The notes beneath the pieces were generated by a model, which saw nothing but the letters and a program-made list of their open reading frames with translations, was not told the origin of the DNA and did no database searches. The position numbers and the translations under genes were made by a program. From a virus, in the IMG/VR virus record IMGVR_UViG_3300025141_000029, positions 1-64,000 of that record: DNA of 64,000 bases; one strand, given 5' to 3'. Shown piece by piece: positions 15,937 to 25,711 of the stretch (the first letter of the stretch is position 1; every line of letters begins with the position of its first letter).

Positions 15937-16293
15937 TTAATGAAGGGACAAAGAACAATTTAATTTTAGAAGTTCTTTTTTTGTGAAGGCTCTTGCCAAT
16001 ATCGCCTGCTCTGTTAAAATAATATCTGTCTCATTTAATGCGATAACACTACCTTCGTTATCATCTTTCATAAGATTGGAGTTCAAGTTTGATTTTAAAA
16101 CTCTCCATATATGATAGTTTGATGAGAATGAATCACACAATAGTGTCATCAGCCTTGAGTCTAGTGGGTCTTCCGAGGCCTTATCACTAATTAAATCCGC
16201 TAAAATATCAATTTGTTCATCGGCTATTTTTATCATCAAAATGACAATTGATTCATCTAGCGTATACAGATTTGGATTTTCTTTGTCAGACAT
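15937..16293 (-). CDS. Hypothetical protein
   Basis: ORF track. Confidence 0.6.
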   Translation of the reverse strand: MSDKENPNLYTLDESIVILMIKIADEQIDILADLISDKASEDPLDSRLMTLLCDSFSSNYHIWRVLKSNLNSNLMKDDNEGSVIALNETDIILTEQAILARAFTKKELLKLNCSLSLH

Positions 16294-16296
16294 ATC

Positions 16297-16548
16297 TCAC
16301 TCCTCTATATCCAGACGCTCAATCAAATCGGTATAGCCTCCCAGGAGTTTATAGGTTTTTTCATCAGTCACTTCAAATACCATAGGTACAGTCTGCCATC
16401 CATAAATATCTTTTAGTTCTTCCCAAACCAGTGGCCGCCAATCCAGTAAAAATGTCTTGAAATCAATATTTTCATCTCGTAATTTTTTTACTGCTTTGGT
16501 ACAAAAACAACATTCTTTCTTTATGTAAAGGATAAATTTTTTATTCAT
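16297..16548 (-). CDS. Glutaredoxin
   Basis: CCFC, TVP, GGYTDL. Confidence 0.88.
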   Translation of the reverse strand: MNKKFILYIKKECCFCTKAVKKLRDENIDFKTFLLDWRPLVWEELKDIYGWQTVPMVFEVTDEKTYKLLGGYTDLIERLDIEE

Positions 16549-16549
16549 T

Positions 16550-16840
16550 TTAATCTCGTAATTTTTCCAGTATTATCTCTAAGTTACCTATAATATTCAT
16601 AGTATGTGAGCCATTGCCTACCCCCGACAAATGAATTTTTACAAATTCAGCTTTCTCGTTTAGGTTAGCCGGCCACTTCTTAAGTTTTATAAGTTTTTGT
16701 TTTAAATCATGATTTGGCTTAATAGCCACAATAAAGTCGCGATTAATCAAAACTTCTTTTATAGAATAATTTCTATTTTCATTAGATAATCTTTGTCTAT
16801 CTTCTTGTATTTCAACCAACGATACTAATTTAAACACCAT
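16550..16840 (-). CDS. Hypothetical protein (weak FlbD-like pattern)
   Basis: LIN.D.I..IKP ...G.LE.I.EKL. Confidence 0.5.
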   Translation of the reverse strand: MVFKLVSLVEIQEDRQRLSNENRNYSIKEVLINRDFIVAIKPNHDLKQKLIKLKKWPANLNEKAEFVKIHLSGVGNGSHTMNIIGNLEIILEKLRD

Positions 16841-17030
16841 ACACCTTTCTTTTTTCTACGTACCATACATCACCTTGAAAATAAACACCAAGGTCATTTT
16901 CCTGTTCTTCTTTCACTAATAAATATTTTGGCTTCTCTAAACATACAACTTTATTGGGACATCCATCGGTGTATTTCATCAAATTTGTATCTGAAGGAAT
17001 ATACACTAGTTTTCCCACCGTATTATTCAT
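16830..17030 (-). CDS. Small SH3-like hypothetical protein
   Basis: VGKLVYIP...; overlaps both neighbours. Confidence 0.55.
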   Translation of the reverse strand: MNNTVGKLVYIPSDTNLMKYTDGCPNKVVCLEKPKYLLVKEEQENDLGVYFQGDVWYVEKRKVYGV

Positions 17031-17523
17031 CCTTAAGGATTTCCTCTACTTTGTTGCCGGCTGTCAGCGAACTCAAATCGATATTCGGAAACGTTGGCAG
17101 CGGCTCGTTTGTATCAAAATAGTTTTCCTCAAGTAATTTATTATATGTGTTTTTTAAAGATTCGAGAGTGGGTAGATTTTTTGGAACTTCACCAACATTT
17201 TGTTGTTTCGGATCGGCCATAAAATCACTTGCACCGGTATCTTCATCAGGATTTTCATTCTTATTTTCTTTTGCTGTTGCTTGCTCAAGAGTCTTCTGGT
17301 ACGCATAAATCAGAGAAGCGCACTCCTCAAATCTTGCATCAACTTGAAACATTCTTTTTCTCAAAAAATCTAAATTTTTCAGAAAATCATCTATTTTTGT
17401 GACATCGAGCGCGCCGGCTGAGTGTGATAAAGCTTTAAGCTGCTCGGTCGCTTGTAAGAGTATACCATTCGCACGAAAGGGAACTTCTTCAAGCTCAACT
17501 ACTTGTTGTATTGTTACTTTCAT
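17023..17523 (-). CDS. Hypothetical protein
   Basis: ORF track, abuts groEL. Confidence 0.6.
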   Translation of the reverse strand: MKVTIQQVVELEEVPFRANGILLQATEQLKALSHSAGALDVTKIDDFLKNLDFLRKRMFQVDARFEECASLIYAYQKTLEQATAKENKNENPDEDTGASDFMADPKQQNVGEVPKNLPTLESLKNTYNKLLEENYFDTNEPLPTFPNIDLSSLTAGNKVEEILKDE

Positions 17524-19107
17524 TTATGCCTCCACTATTGCATAGTTTGTTATTATTAATATTGATGCGACCGAAACAGCATTTGTCAAAGCAATTCGAG
17601 CGACCTTTGTCGGGTCAACAATACCTGCCTCAATCATATCAACAATCTCACCATTTTTAAAGTTATAACCACAATTGCCCACTTCAGATTCAATCATGCT
17701 GACGACAATATCGGCCGACTCGCCGGCATTTGTGGCCATCTGTCTGATCGGCTCATATGCGGCTTTCTTGAGAATTTCAACACCTAGATGCTGGTCCTCG
17801 TTGTCTACTTCGACTTCTAAATCTTCTATTGCTCGTACAAAAGCCACTCCGCCGCCGGGAAGAATTCCCTCTTCCTGTGCTGACTTGATTGCCTCAAGGG
17901 CATCTTCAATTCGATGCTTCTTTTCAATCATTTCAACTTCTGTGGCAGCACCGATTCGAATTACAGCAACGCCGCTGGCAAGTCTAGTTATCCTTTCTTG
18001 CATCCTTTCGCAATCTTGTATGTTATCGTTTGCTTTAATTTGTTCCTTGAGGTCTTCGATAGTTTCCTCGACCTTTTCCCAATCTGCATTACCGCCGATA
18101 AAAGTAGTATTATACTTCAGAATATCAGCTTTCTTACATTTACCAAAATCAACTAACTTAACCTCGGATAGTTTTTTACCAGATTCACGATTAACAAATG
18201 TACCGCCGACAGAGAGTGCCAAATCATTAAGAATTTTGCGACGTTCAGTACCATATCGCGGTGCTTTTACAGCAACGATCTTCATTGTGCCCCTCACTGT
18301 ATTCATGATAAGGGCTGCTAGGGCCTGTCCTTCAATATCTTCAGCAACAATTACAAGAGGTTTGCTCTCTCTGGCTACCAATTCTAGTATTGGAAGGATG
18401 TCCTGTACCTTGTCAATTTTGTGATCAGTCACCAAGATGTAGGGATCATCGTATTCAACCGATCCTCTCCTCTGGTTTGTAACAAAGGCATTCGCAAGAA
18501 AACCAGAATCAAAATGAAAACCTTCGGTTACGTCTAGGGTCGTTTCAAATGATTTGCCATCCTCTACGCTAATTGAACCATCATGGCCGGCCTGCTCAAC
18601 AGCCATTGAAATAAGTTTACCAATCGACACATCGTTGTTCGCAGAAATGGCCGCTATGTGTTCTATGTCTTCTTGAGACTCAATGGGACGTGATATATCT
18701 TGTAGCTTAACTACAATCGCTTCTAGCGCCTTATCCATACCTCGTTTAAGCTCCACAGGAGAGACACCAGTAGAAATATACTTCTGAGCTGTGTTAAGTA
18801 TTGCTCGGGCTAATATTGTCGAAGTGGTTGTCCCATCGCCAGCTAAATTTGCAGTCTGCGAAGCAGCTTGTTTGATTAGCTGTGCTCCAGCATTTTCAAA
18901 CGGATCGTCAAAATCAACAAATTTGGCAACTGTTACGCCATCTTTTGTGACTATCGGATTTAATCCTTTTTTATGTAAGAGAACATTTCGTCCCTTTGGC
19001 CCAAGTGTTGAACCAACAACATCTGCTAATTTATTTACCCCATCTAATATTTGGGTCTGTAATCTGTTCCCGCTCTGATATTGCTTTGACGTTATTTCTT
19101 GTGTCAT
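17524..19107 (-). CDS. groEL: Chaperonin GroEL
   Basis: TLGPKGRNV, TKDGVTVA, AGDGTTT, PGGG, G.VDPTKV. Confidence 0.97.
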   Translation of the reverse strand: MTQEITSKQYQSGNRLQTQILDGVNKLADVVGSTLGPKGRNVLLHKKGLNPIVTKDGVTVAKFVDFDDPFENAGAQLIKQAASQTANLAGDGTTTSTILARAILNTAQKYISTGVSPVELKRGMDKALEAIVVKLQDISRPIESQEDIEHIAAISANNDVSIGKLISMAVEQAGHDGSISVEDGKSFETTLDVTEGFHFDSGFLANAFVTNQRRGSVEYDDPYILVTDHKIDKVQDILPILELVARESKPLVIVAEDIEGQALAALIMNTVRGTMKIVAVKAPRYGTERRKILNDLALSVGGTFVNRESGKKLSEVKLVDFGKCKKADILKYNTTFIGGNADWEKVEETIEDLKEQIKANDNIQDCERMQERITRLASGVAVIRIGAATEVEMIEKKHRIEDALEAIKSAQEEGILPGGGVAFVRAIEDLEVEVDNEDQHLGVEILKKAAYEPIRQMATNAGESADIVVSMIESEVGNCGYNFKNGEIVDMIEAGIVDPTKVARIALTNAVSVASILIITNYAIVEA

Positions 19108-19288
19108 TCACACCTCGTTCTAATTCTGTGACTTTTGTTTGAAGCACTGCCGCTTCGAGCTTTAACTCATTATAAACAGCATCCATGTGGCGATGCATCT
19201 CGTTTATTTTACTTTGTAAATATATACCTATAATAGTCCCTAATAATATAAGACTAATCAATACAATTGTCAAGGATAAAGTTTGCAT
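19031..19288 (-). CDS. Small membrane-anchored coiled-coil protein
   Basis: N-terminal hydrophobic helix. Confidence 0.5.
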   Translation of the reverse strand: MQTLSLTIVLISLILLGTIIGIYLQSKINEMHRHMDAVYNELKLEAAVLQTKVTELERGVNDTRNNVKAISEREQITDPNIRWGK

Positions 19289-19296
19289 TTTTTAAA

Positions 19297-20907
19297 TTAT
19301 TCTTCGGCGGGACGTAGAGCATGCGGAAGAACTGTCGTATCCATCCGTGTTTCTCCTGTTCCTTTCATTTGCGCAACCGATTTTTCTACCGCACTTTTCA
19401 ATATCATGGAATTCTGAATTGCGGCTTGGCCGTGCTTGTCTTGATTCTGCGCATCTCTTTTGCTGCACTTGTTTCCACCACAGTCGGTTAAGAAAAATCT
19501 ACCAATATTATCAGTAAGTTCGGCCATAGCGTTGAACATTTCTGTCATCTGGGGGCCAACTTGATCAGCACCAAGTTGAAAAACGTCTTTAACCTTTTGA
19601 TCTGTAATTTTCAAGAATCCAATTTTTTCTCCCTTGCCTTTGTAGTGAACAGGCGTAATATGGAATTGCTGATTTGTCTTGTATCCTGGTGCTTCGGTCG
19701 AAACTTTGGCCCAAAACTCATTGCGCGGAAGATCCTGGGCCAGACCAAGCCAACGAGACCGCTCATCTGGGCTTCCCCAGATCTTGTCAGTAGATTTTCC
19801 ACCGAGACCGGGCACTTCTTCATAACCTTTTTGTAAGGTTGCCCCTCCAAAGCCGCCGGCAGTATACTGTGCCAAATCGACAGTATAACTTACACCAGGA
19901 TCCAAAGTCCCCTCTCTCACCGGACCATCAGAACCTTGAAGGTTAACTAGCTCTGCTACCTCGGGATTTATAACGTAAATGCCACCTTTAGCTCTTTTGG
20001 CCAAGGCATACCACTCTTTAGTAGCTGTGTGCTTGCCGGTGACCTTTGCGTGCTTGACCAGAAAGCGTTCGCCAGTATTTTTAAATGGGCCTTTTTTGCC
20101 TTTTTCTAGAAACAATTTAAATTTTCTCGGCGCGCCTTTTTCAATTGTTTCGGTGTGTTTTAAATATCCAATCCAATCAAAGAAGGTATCATTGTTGATA
20201 TCAAATTCATAAAAAGTAACAGCAGACACACCTTTGTTTTTACCACTCTGATCTTTAACAACAATTACATAGCGCATATTTTGGCCGCCTTTAGCGAAAT
20301 GATTAACTAGATCTGTAAAACTTCCTTTGACGTCTCCGTCCTTATTAAGAATTTTGAGACTAATTGGCTCATCTTTACCCATCGGAGTATCAATACGAAT
20401 ATCAGCAATATCGTGTTCGCTGGTTGGAACTTGGCGAGATTTGCCACCAAATAGAGAAGCCAAAAATGGTTCCCACAAGAAACCAGCAACAGACGCATTA
20501 AACTCTTTCAGCATCCAGGTAAAGTAATTTAAAAACATCAAATAAGATAAAACTTCTGGAATACTTGAGCCTTGAATTTGGGGTCCTGGATTTTCAAAAT
20601 ACTCGCTAATAATTGTTAGTTTATCATTAACGCTGGCTTCGCCTCCAATATTCGTCATCCATTTTTCAAAGTCGGCGCGTTCGGCGCTAGAAGGCTTTTG
20701 TCCAACTGAAATTTCAGTCGCGGCCATACTTGGTAAACGAATAGCTCGCTGTCTTTCTTTGGCCCCCTCAAAGAGAAAATTACTTTCAGTAAATTCTCTC
20801 ATTCTTGTTTCAAGCTCAAGCAACAGATTAAACGGTGTTGTCTTCTTGTTTTCTTTAATTGTTTTGAGTGCGTTATCGATGGACGCTTCAGTCATTTTAA
20901 ATTCCAT
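19297..20907 (-). CDS. Large late protein with PD-(D/E)xK-like nuclease motif
   Basis: AGFLWEPFLA...DIAD...ISLK; late-like motif at 20913-20920. Confidence 0.5.
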   Translation of the reverse strand: MEFKMTEASIDNALKTIKENKKTTPFNLLLELETRMREFTESNFLFEGAKERQRAIRLPSMAATEISVGQKPSSAERADFEKWMTNIGGEASVNDKLTIISEYFENPGPQIQGSSIPEVLSYLMFLNYFTWMLKEFNASVAGFLWEPFLASLFGGKSRQVPTSEHDIADIRIDTPMGKDEPISLKILNKDGDVKGSFTDLVNHFAKGGQNMRYVIVVKDQSGKNKGVSAVTFYEFDINNDTFFDWIGYLKHTETIEKGAPRKFKLFLEKGKKGPFKNTGERFLVKHAKVTGKHTATKEWYALAKRAKGGIYVINPEVAELVNLQGSDGPVREGTLDPGVSYTVDLAQYTAGGFGGATLQKGYEEVPGLGGKSTDKIWGSPDERSRWLGLAQDLPRNEFWAKVSTEAPGYKTNQQFHITPVHYKGKGEKIGFLKITDQKVKDVFQLGADQVGPQMTEMFNAMAELTDNIGRFFLTDCGGNKCSKRDAQNQDKHGQAAIQNSMILKSAVEKSVAQMKGTGETRMDTTVLPHALRPAEE

Positions 20908-20915
20908 AACTATAA

Positions 20916-21785
20916 TTAGGCCTCCAGTTCCTTAATACTATCAACAATTTCGTCAAGTTTTAAACCAGCTGTATCAATTTTATTTTTAGTTAAGTTATAA
21001 TGATTGACAATACCTTTGAATTTATTTTCAATAGCTGGTTTGTAAATTGTCGTACATAAAAATCCATTTTCATCTTTTGGATAATCAAGTGGAATATCAT
21101 ATGTACTACACAAAAAGCGTACCAAAGCAGTGTAAGCTTGAATTTGAACTGGATAATATCCCAAATGAGTTGGCAGCCTGCGATTGTGAACAACACTGTT
21201 TGACAACAACGGCCTGGGACCAAATCCTTTCTTGGTGTAAGTATTGAAATATTTTGTGTAATATGCTGACGATATATCAATTCCTATTCCAACGTTGTTC
21301 GCGCCCCGGGCATGCCACGCAACATCATTTGGATCAACTAACTGAACAATTGTTCCGTCATTATCAATCACGAAATGTGTAGAAATATTTCTCTTTTCTA
21401 AGACTCTTTTACAGGAATCAGCAGAAGTACAAACATCCCAGTGAGTCACAATAACGTGTGGCTTTCTTTCTTTTCTAGATGTCTTGTAACAACTGGATGG
21501 TAAAAAATCACGCTTTACTCTGTGCCAGCCAATCGACTTTAGTTCACCATTCACTAATATTTTATTCGGTGACTGATCCGTATTTTCTTGTAATTCGTGC
21601 CATAATTTTAAACGCCGAAATGTATTAGTACCAACATAGCCATCGGGCTTTAAGCTATGACTTCCTTGAAATTGAATAATTTTTTCAATCAAATCACGAT
21701 TAAAGTCAGTGGCTTCTAGCCATGAAGGAAACCATCCCAATTCTTTGGATGATTTTTTATTATATCTAATTTTTCTCCACATCAT
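20916..21785 (-). CDS. N-acetylmuramoyl-L-alanine amidase with PG-binding domain (endolysin)
   Basis: FQ..H.L.PDGYVG..T; IVTHWD, STHFVID.DG, AWHA, GID, HY..KID. Confidence 0.88.
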   Translation of the reverse strand: MMWRKIRYNKKSSKELGWFPSWLEATDFNRDLIEKIIQFQGSHSLKPDGYVGTNTFRRLKLWHELQENTDQSPNKILVNGELKSIGWHRVKRDFLPSSCYKTSRKERKPHVIVTHWDVCTSADSCKRVLEKRNISTHFVIDNDGTIVQLVDPNDVAWHARGANNVGIGIDISSAYYTKYFNTYTKKGFGPRPLLSNSVVHNRRLPTHLGYYPVQIQAYTALVRFLCSTYDIPLDYPKDENGFLCTTIYKPAIENKFKGIVNHYNLTKNKIDTAGLKLDEIVDSIKELEA

Positions 21786-22471
21786 ATTATTATATCTGCT
21801 ATTCCCAAATCAACGGCTTCTTGAGCCGATAGATAAACATTGCTCTTTTTCTTAATTAGATTTCTTATGTATCTTTCAGTCATATTTGTTTCTTCCGCAA
21901 GCGCCTGTATGTACATCTTTTGTGTCATTTTGGCTTCATCAAATTCATTTTCAATATCAGCCAAGTGACCATGCTGACCAGATACGACACCATGTATCAT
22001 CACGCGACAATATTTTCCAATTCGTCGTTCACCTTTAGTGCCGCCGGCCAAGAGTAGCGCGCCCGCTGACATGACTTTTCCTATTCCAATTGTATGGATA
22101 GGCATTGTTTGTTTAATCTGCCTCATCACATCATATATCGCAAACATATCTAGCGCGTTGCCGCCATATGTAGAAATATAAAATTCAAATGGTTCGTATA
22201 CCTCTATTAATTCGGATTCTGGATCATCAGGATCAGAGGGTTCCAATTGTTTTCCAGACTGCTCCAATAACAATATTGAATACAACACTTCAGAGCATCT
22301 TTCTTCGTTAATGTCACCATATAATCCAGTTGTCCGTAGCTTTGGAGTATTTTCATTCATACTATCTCCCAAATTAACAAGAAAAGATAAATCTTCTACG
22401 CCTGTTTCGGGCTCTTTTACATTGTCTTTTTCTTCTTTCTTCTCTTTTTTTTCTTTTTTTGTACCAAACAC
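21782..22471 (-). CDS. clpP: ClpP-family protease
   Basis: YISTYGG, MSAG, MIHG, LSAQEAVDLGIAD. Confidence 0.85.
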   Translation of the reverse strand: MFGTKKEKKEKKEEKDNVKEPETGVEDLSFLVNLGDSMNENTPKLRTTGLYGDINEERCSEVLYSILLLEQSGKQLEPSDPDDPESELIEVYEPFEFYISTYGGNALDMFAIYDVMRQIKQTMPIHTIGIGKVMSAGALLLAGGTKGERRIGKYCRVMIHGVVSGQHGHLADIENEFDEAKMTQKMYIQALAEETNMTERYIRNLIKKKSNVYLSAQEAVDLGIADIII

Positions 22472-22480
22472 TTTAAATTC

Positions 22481-22876
22481 CTATTTTTTTAATAATTGCA
22501 TCGCAGTTCGCCAGTCTTTAAATTTTAAAATACCCCGAATATTTTTGGGACAACAAGAAATAATTGTACTTATAATCATTGTTCTCCAAAGTTCATGAGC
22601 TTGCAAATTTATGTTTCTAGCATTTCTCATCTGTTCTTCATCGATCCCCTCTTGACCTGAAAAATCTTGTTGTTTTTCGAGCACAAGAAGCATCTGTTCA
22701 TCAGCTTTCTTAATCATAATTAAGGAGCCCATCATAGTTTGAGCAAATAAATTAGCCGATATGCTTAAGCCAAAAAGGTGAGCCCCAAACTTATAGATCA
22801 AGGCACCTCCCAAAAACCAAAGTAAATTTATCAACATTACATTCTCCATTATAACCTCATTCAAAAAAAAAGGCAA
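22481..22876 (-). CDS. Membrane hypothetical protein
   Basis: Hydrophobic N-terminal helices. Confidence 0.55.
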   Translation of the reverse strand: MPFFLNEVIMENVMLINLLWFLGGALIYKFGAHLFGLSISANLFAQTMMGSLIMIKKADEQMLLVLEKQQDFSGQEGIDEEQMRNARNINLQAHELWRTMIISTIISCCPKNIRGILKFKDWRTAMQLLKK

Positions 22877-22895
22877 GGTTTAAAAACCTTGCCTT
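22863..22895 (-). terminator. Intrinsic terminator
   Basis: AAGGCAAGGTT-ttta-AACCTTGCCTT plus U-tract. Confidence 0.85.
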
Positions 22896-22920
22896 CAAAA
22901 CCTCAAGTTTTAAGTATTAA

Positions 22921-23430
22921 TTATTTTTTACTTTCCTTCAAAAGGCGTGCGGCGACGCGTTGAGTAACTTTCTGTACGATGTTTTCAACGACCATTCCCC
23001 CTTCTTCTTCTTCTTCTTCTTCTTCGCCGGGAAGCATCTCGCCAGATTCAACATCCTCGTCGCCCTCTTCTTCGCCGCCAAACTCTTCTTCACCGCCAAA
23101 CTCTTCTTCACCGCCAAGCTCTTCTTCGCCGCCAAGCTCTTCTTCGCCAGCTTCGCCTTCAACCGAAATATCAACATTCGTGTGCTTTGAGATAATATCT
23201 ACTAAATCACGAACCAAGTCTTCTACTTCTACTTCGGCCTCTTCCAGTACTTCTTCTGTGACGGGATCAGATTCAGTATACGACCCCGAGTCGGCCGGGC
23301 GATCCTCATCAATAGTTTCTTCTAGATTCTCTTCGCTTATACGATCGAGAAAATTTTCAGTAAGTGGGATTATATCCGCAAATTTCATAAATTTGCGAAT
23401 TTCTGATTCAGTTAGAAGACTCTTTTTCAT
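22921..23430 (-). CDS. Acidic late protein, probable head/core protein
   Basis: LLTESEIRKF N-terminus, GGEEE repeats, RLLKES end; late motif upstream. Confidence 0.7.
   Translation of the reverse strand: MKKSLLTESEIRKFMKFADIIPLTENFLDRISEENLEETIDEDRPADSGSYTESDPVTEEVLEEAEVEVEDLVRDLVDIISKHTNVDISVEGEAGEEELGGEEELGGEEEFGGEEEFGGEEEGDEDVESGEMLPGEEEEEEEEGGMVVENIVQKVTQRVAARLLKESKK
23065..23148. repeat. 18-bp tandem repeat x4.7 encoding (L/F)GGEEE
   Basis: ctcttcttcRccgccaaR units. Confidence 0.9.
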
Positions 23431-23462
23431 TGTAAAACTCCTGGAAAAATAGATATCAAAAA

Positions 23463-23470
23463 TAAATAGT
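23463..23470 (-). promoter_or_regulatory. Putative late promoter ACTATTTA
   Basis: Intergenic, recurring motif. Confidence 0.6.
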
Positions 23471-23480
23471 TTAAAAAAAA

Positions 23481-23753
23481 CTAAAAGTCATCTTTTAAAA
23501 GATATTCAAGCAGCTGTGGGTTACCCAAATTTAACTTTTTTAACGCTTTATCCTCGATTTGTTTTACTCTTACAAAGCTAATGCCAAGTCTTTTCGCAAC
23601 TTCACGTAGAGTTAGTGGTCGATTACCACTGCTCTCAATAGTTTGTAGGGCACAATTCAGATCTTCCGGAAAGTCAATCCACTGGCGGCAATCTGCATCA
23701 TCGCAGGGTTTTTTTTCCTGGCGCACCTTCCTCAAACATTTAATACATTTCAT
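23481..23753 (-). CDS. Cys-rich domain fused to a sigma70 region 4 HTH
   Basis: CxxC..C....C..C then LTLREVAKRLGISFVRVKQIEDKALKKL. Confidence 0.8.
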   Translation of the reverse strand: MKCIKCLRKVRQEKKPCDDADCRQWIDFPEDLNCALQTIESSGNRPLTLREVAKRLGISFVRVKQIEDKALKKLNLGNPQLLEYLLKDDF

Positions 23754-24094
23754 AATTCTGGAAATTCCTCCGCAATAATATCGAATATATCTTCAATTTC
23801 ATTTTCATTAAGAGCGAATTGTTTTTTAGTTTCGTTATATTTTTTGAGACCTTTTACAATTTGTTTGCGTTTTTGAACTCCCTGCGTCACATGCTTCTCT
23901 TTATATTCATCTAAATATTTGGTTATGTGTTCGTCTTTCTCTAGGTAGCCAGTGATCATTGCGCGAAAAAAATGAGACTGTGTAAATCCGTCTAATTGTA
24001 ATCTTATTTTTAAATCAGCCTGTCGTTTTGGAGAATCCCAAAACATTAATTTTTTACGATCATCGGGCCTAGGCTGCGCCGGATCTCTAGCCAT
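23750..24094 (-). CDS. Hypothetical protein
   Basis: ORF overlapping both neighbours. Confidence 0.6.
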   Translation of the reverse strand: MARDPAQPRPDDRKKLMFWDSPKRQADLKIRLQLDGFTQSHFFRAMITGYLEKDEHITKYLDEYKEKHVTQGVQKRKQIVKGLKKYNETKKQFALNENEIEDIFDIIAEEFPEL

Positions 24095-25116
24095 TAACTC
24101 CTCCTCAAAATGTGGGTGGAACTTTCGGATTGACCAGAATATGTCTGTCGGATGAAAGTTGCTTTACATCGAAGCTCTTGCAAGCTTCGTACGCCTGAGT
24201 AAGAGAGACCACTGCGTATACCCCCAGCAAGATCTTTAAGAATAGCATTAACACTGCCTTTATACGGAACGGTAGTCGAAATTCCTTCCGGTGCGGAAGA
24301 TTTGCCCCGCCAATCATTTTGCGCTTCGGACGATGCCATGCCCCTGTAGACTTTGTATTTTTTGCCTGAGTTTGCTGTGAATATTTCACCAGGAGATTCC
24401 TTGGTACCAGCGAGCAAAGAGCCAATCATAACAAAATCTGCGCCAGCTGCCAATGATTTAATTATATCGCCGGAAGTTTTTATTCCCCCATCGGCAATAA
24501 TTTTTGTATCATATTCACTTTTCGCGCAGTCCATAATGCTTTGTAATGTTGGTATGCCATGGCCAGAAACTAGGCGCGTAGAGCATATAGAGCCTCCTCC
24601 GATGCCAACACGAATTGAATCGGCACCCCAGGAGGCCAAAGCATCAAATCCTTCAAGAGTGGCAACATTCCCAGCCATAATATGAACTTCATCCCCAAAA
24701 CGATCTTTGAGTGTTTTGAGGCAACGTTCCATCATAATATGATGTCCATGAGCAACGTCAACACACAATACTTGTACACCAACCATCTTCAATGCCATGG
24801 CGCGTTCTTCAAAATCACCAGTCATTCCAATCGCCGCACCGACTTTTAATTTACCATTCTCATAAAGTACCCGGGCAGCAATTCTCACTTGTTCGGGAAT
24901 TTCATTATATCGATGAACAATTCCCATCCCACCGCACCTTGACATTGCAATTGCCATTTTATCTTCTGTGATGGTATCCATCGGGCTTGATATAATTGGT
25001 AATTTAAAACTTAAACTTTCATCTAATTTGCTACCAATGTCAACCTGATTTCTACTTTCGATATTGCTGTATTTTGGCACCAACAATACATCATCATATG
25101 ATAATACTTCTTTCAC
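24094..25116 (-). CDS. IMP dehydrogenase / GMP reductase family, no CBS domains
   Basis: YDDVLLVP, SPMDT, DVAHGH, GNVAT, GIGGGSICSTR, IADGG, YRGMAS. Confidence 0.9.
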   Translation of the reverse strand: MKEVLSYDDVLLVPKYSNIESRNQVDIGSKLDESLSFKLPIISSPMDTITEDKMAIAMSRCGGMGIVHRYNEIPEQVRIAARVLYENGKLKVGAAIGMTGDFEERAMALKMVGVQVLCVDVAHGHHIMMERCLKTLKDRFGDEVHIMAGNVATLEGFDALASWGADSIRVGIGGGSICSTRLVSGHGIPTLQSIMDCAKSEYDTKIIADGGIKTSGDIIKSLAAGADFVMIGSLLAGTKESPGEIFTANSGKKYKVYRGMASSEAQNDWRGKSSAPEGISTTVPYKGSVNAILKDLAGGIRSGLSYSGVRSLQELRCKATFIRQTYSGQSESSTHILRRS

Positions 25117-25143
25117 TGACTCTCCTTTATTTTAAATGTCATA

Positions 25144-25386
25144 TCAATTATATCCCGGGATAGGTTTGTCCATGATAATTATGGATCCAATATTAGTATA
25201 ATTTTCGTATTTCCAATATAGTTCATTCTTTTTTAACAGTTGAATCACCAGGGTATGTATGTGTTTTGATTTACCAGTTATAATTCTAAACGGTAGGTCA
25301 AGAGGAAGACGATGATTAACAAACTTTATTAACTTTTCTTCCACCTTACTGTGCTTGGTGTTGTGTAGATCAAGAGTCTTCAACAA
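25144..25386 (-). CDS. Stand-alone Smr domain protein
   Basis: LDLH...RIITGKS...N.G. Confidence 0.7.
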   Translation of the reverse strand: MLKTLDLHNTKHSKVEEKLIKFVNHRLPLDLPFRIITGKSKHIHTLVIQLLKKNELYWKYENYTNIGSIIIMDKPIPGYN

Positions 25387-25711
25387 GGGTCTCCAAGTAC
25401 CTCTTCAGGTACCAAATTGCCTTCTCAATATCTTGTCTGGGGTTCTCCTTGTGATTGTGTCTAGAGATATATTTAACTGCGTTTCCGCAATGGAAATCTA
25501 AATTCCAATCTTCTATTACATCAATGGTCTCATACTTGCCACCATTATAGTGTTTTGGGTGGTTAACTTTGGGATCGTATATTTCATCTCCTAGTTGTAC
25601 ACCTGGTAGTGGATTAATTTGTTCGCGGGCTCGGGGGATCTCCCTTAAGTCTCTTTCATGTAAATCTGCTAAGCCACTTATTCCGCGCCACTGTTCTTTG
25701 TTAATTTTCAT
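25370..25711 (-). CDS. DUF3310 / T7 gp1.7-like nucleotide kinase family
   Basis: VNHPKHY..E.ID.I...GNAVKY..R..K...D.EKA.WYL. Confidence 0.85.
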   Translation of the reverse strand: MKINKEQWRGISGLADLHERDLREIPRAREQINPLPGVQLGDEIYDPKVNHPKHYNGGKYETIDVIEDWNLDFHCGNAVKYISRHNHKENPRQDIEKAIWYLKRYLETLVEDS

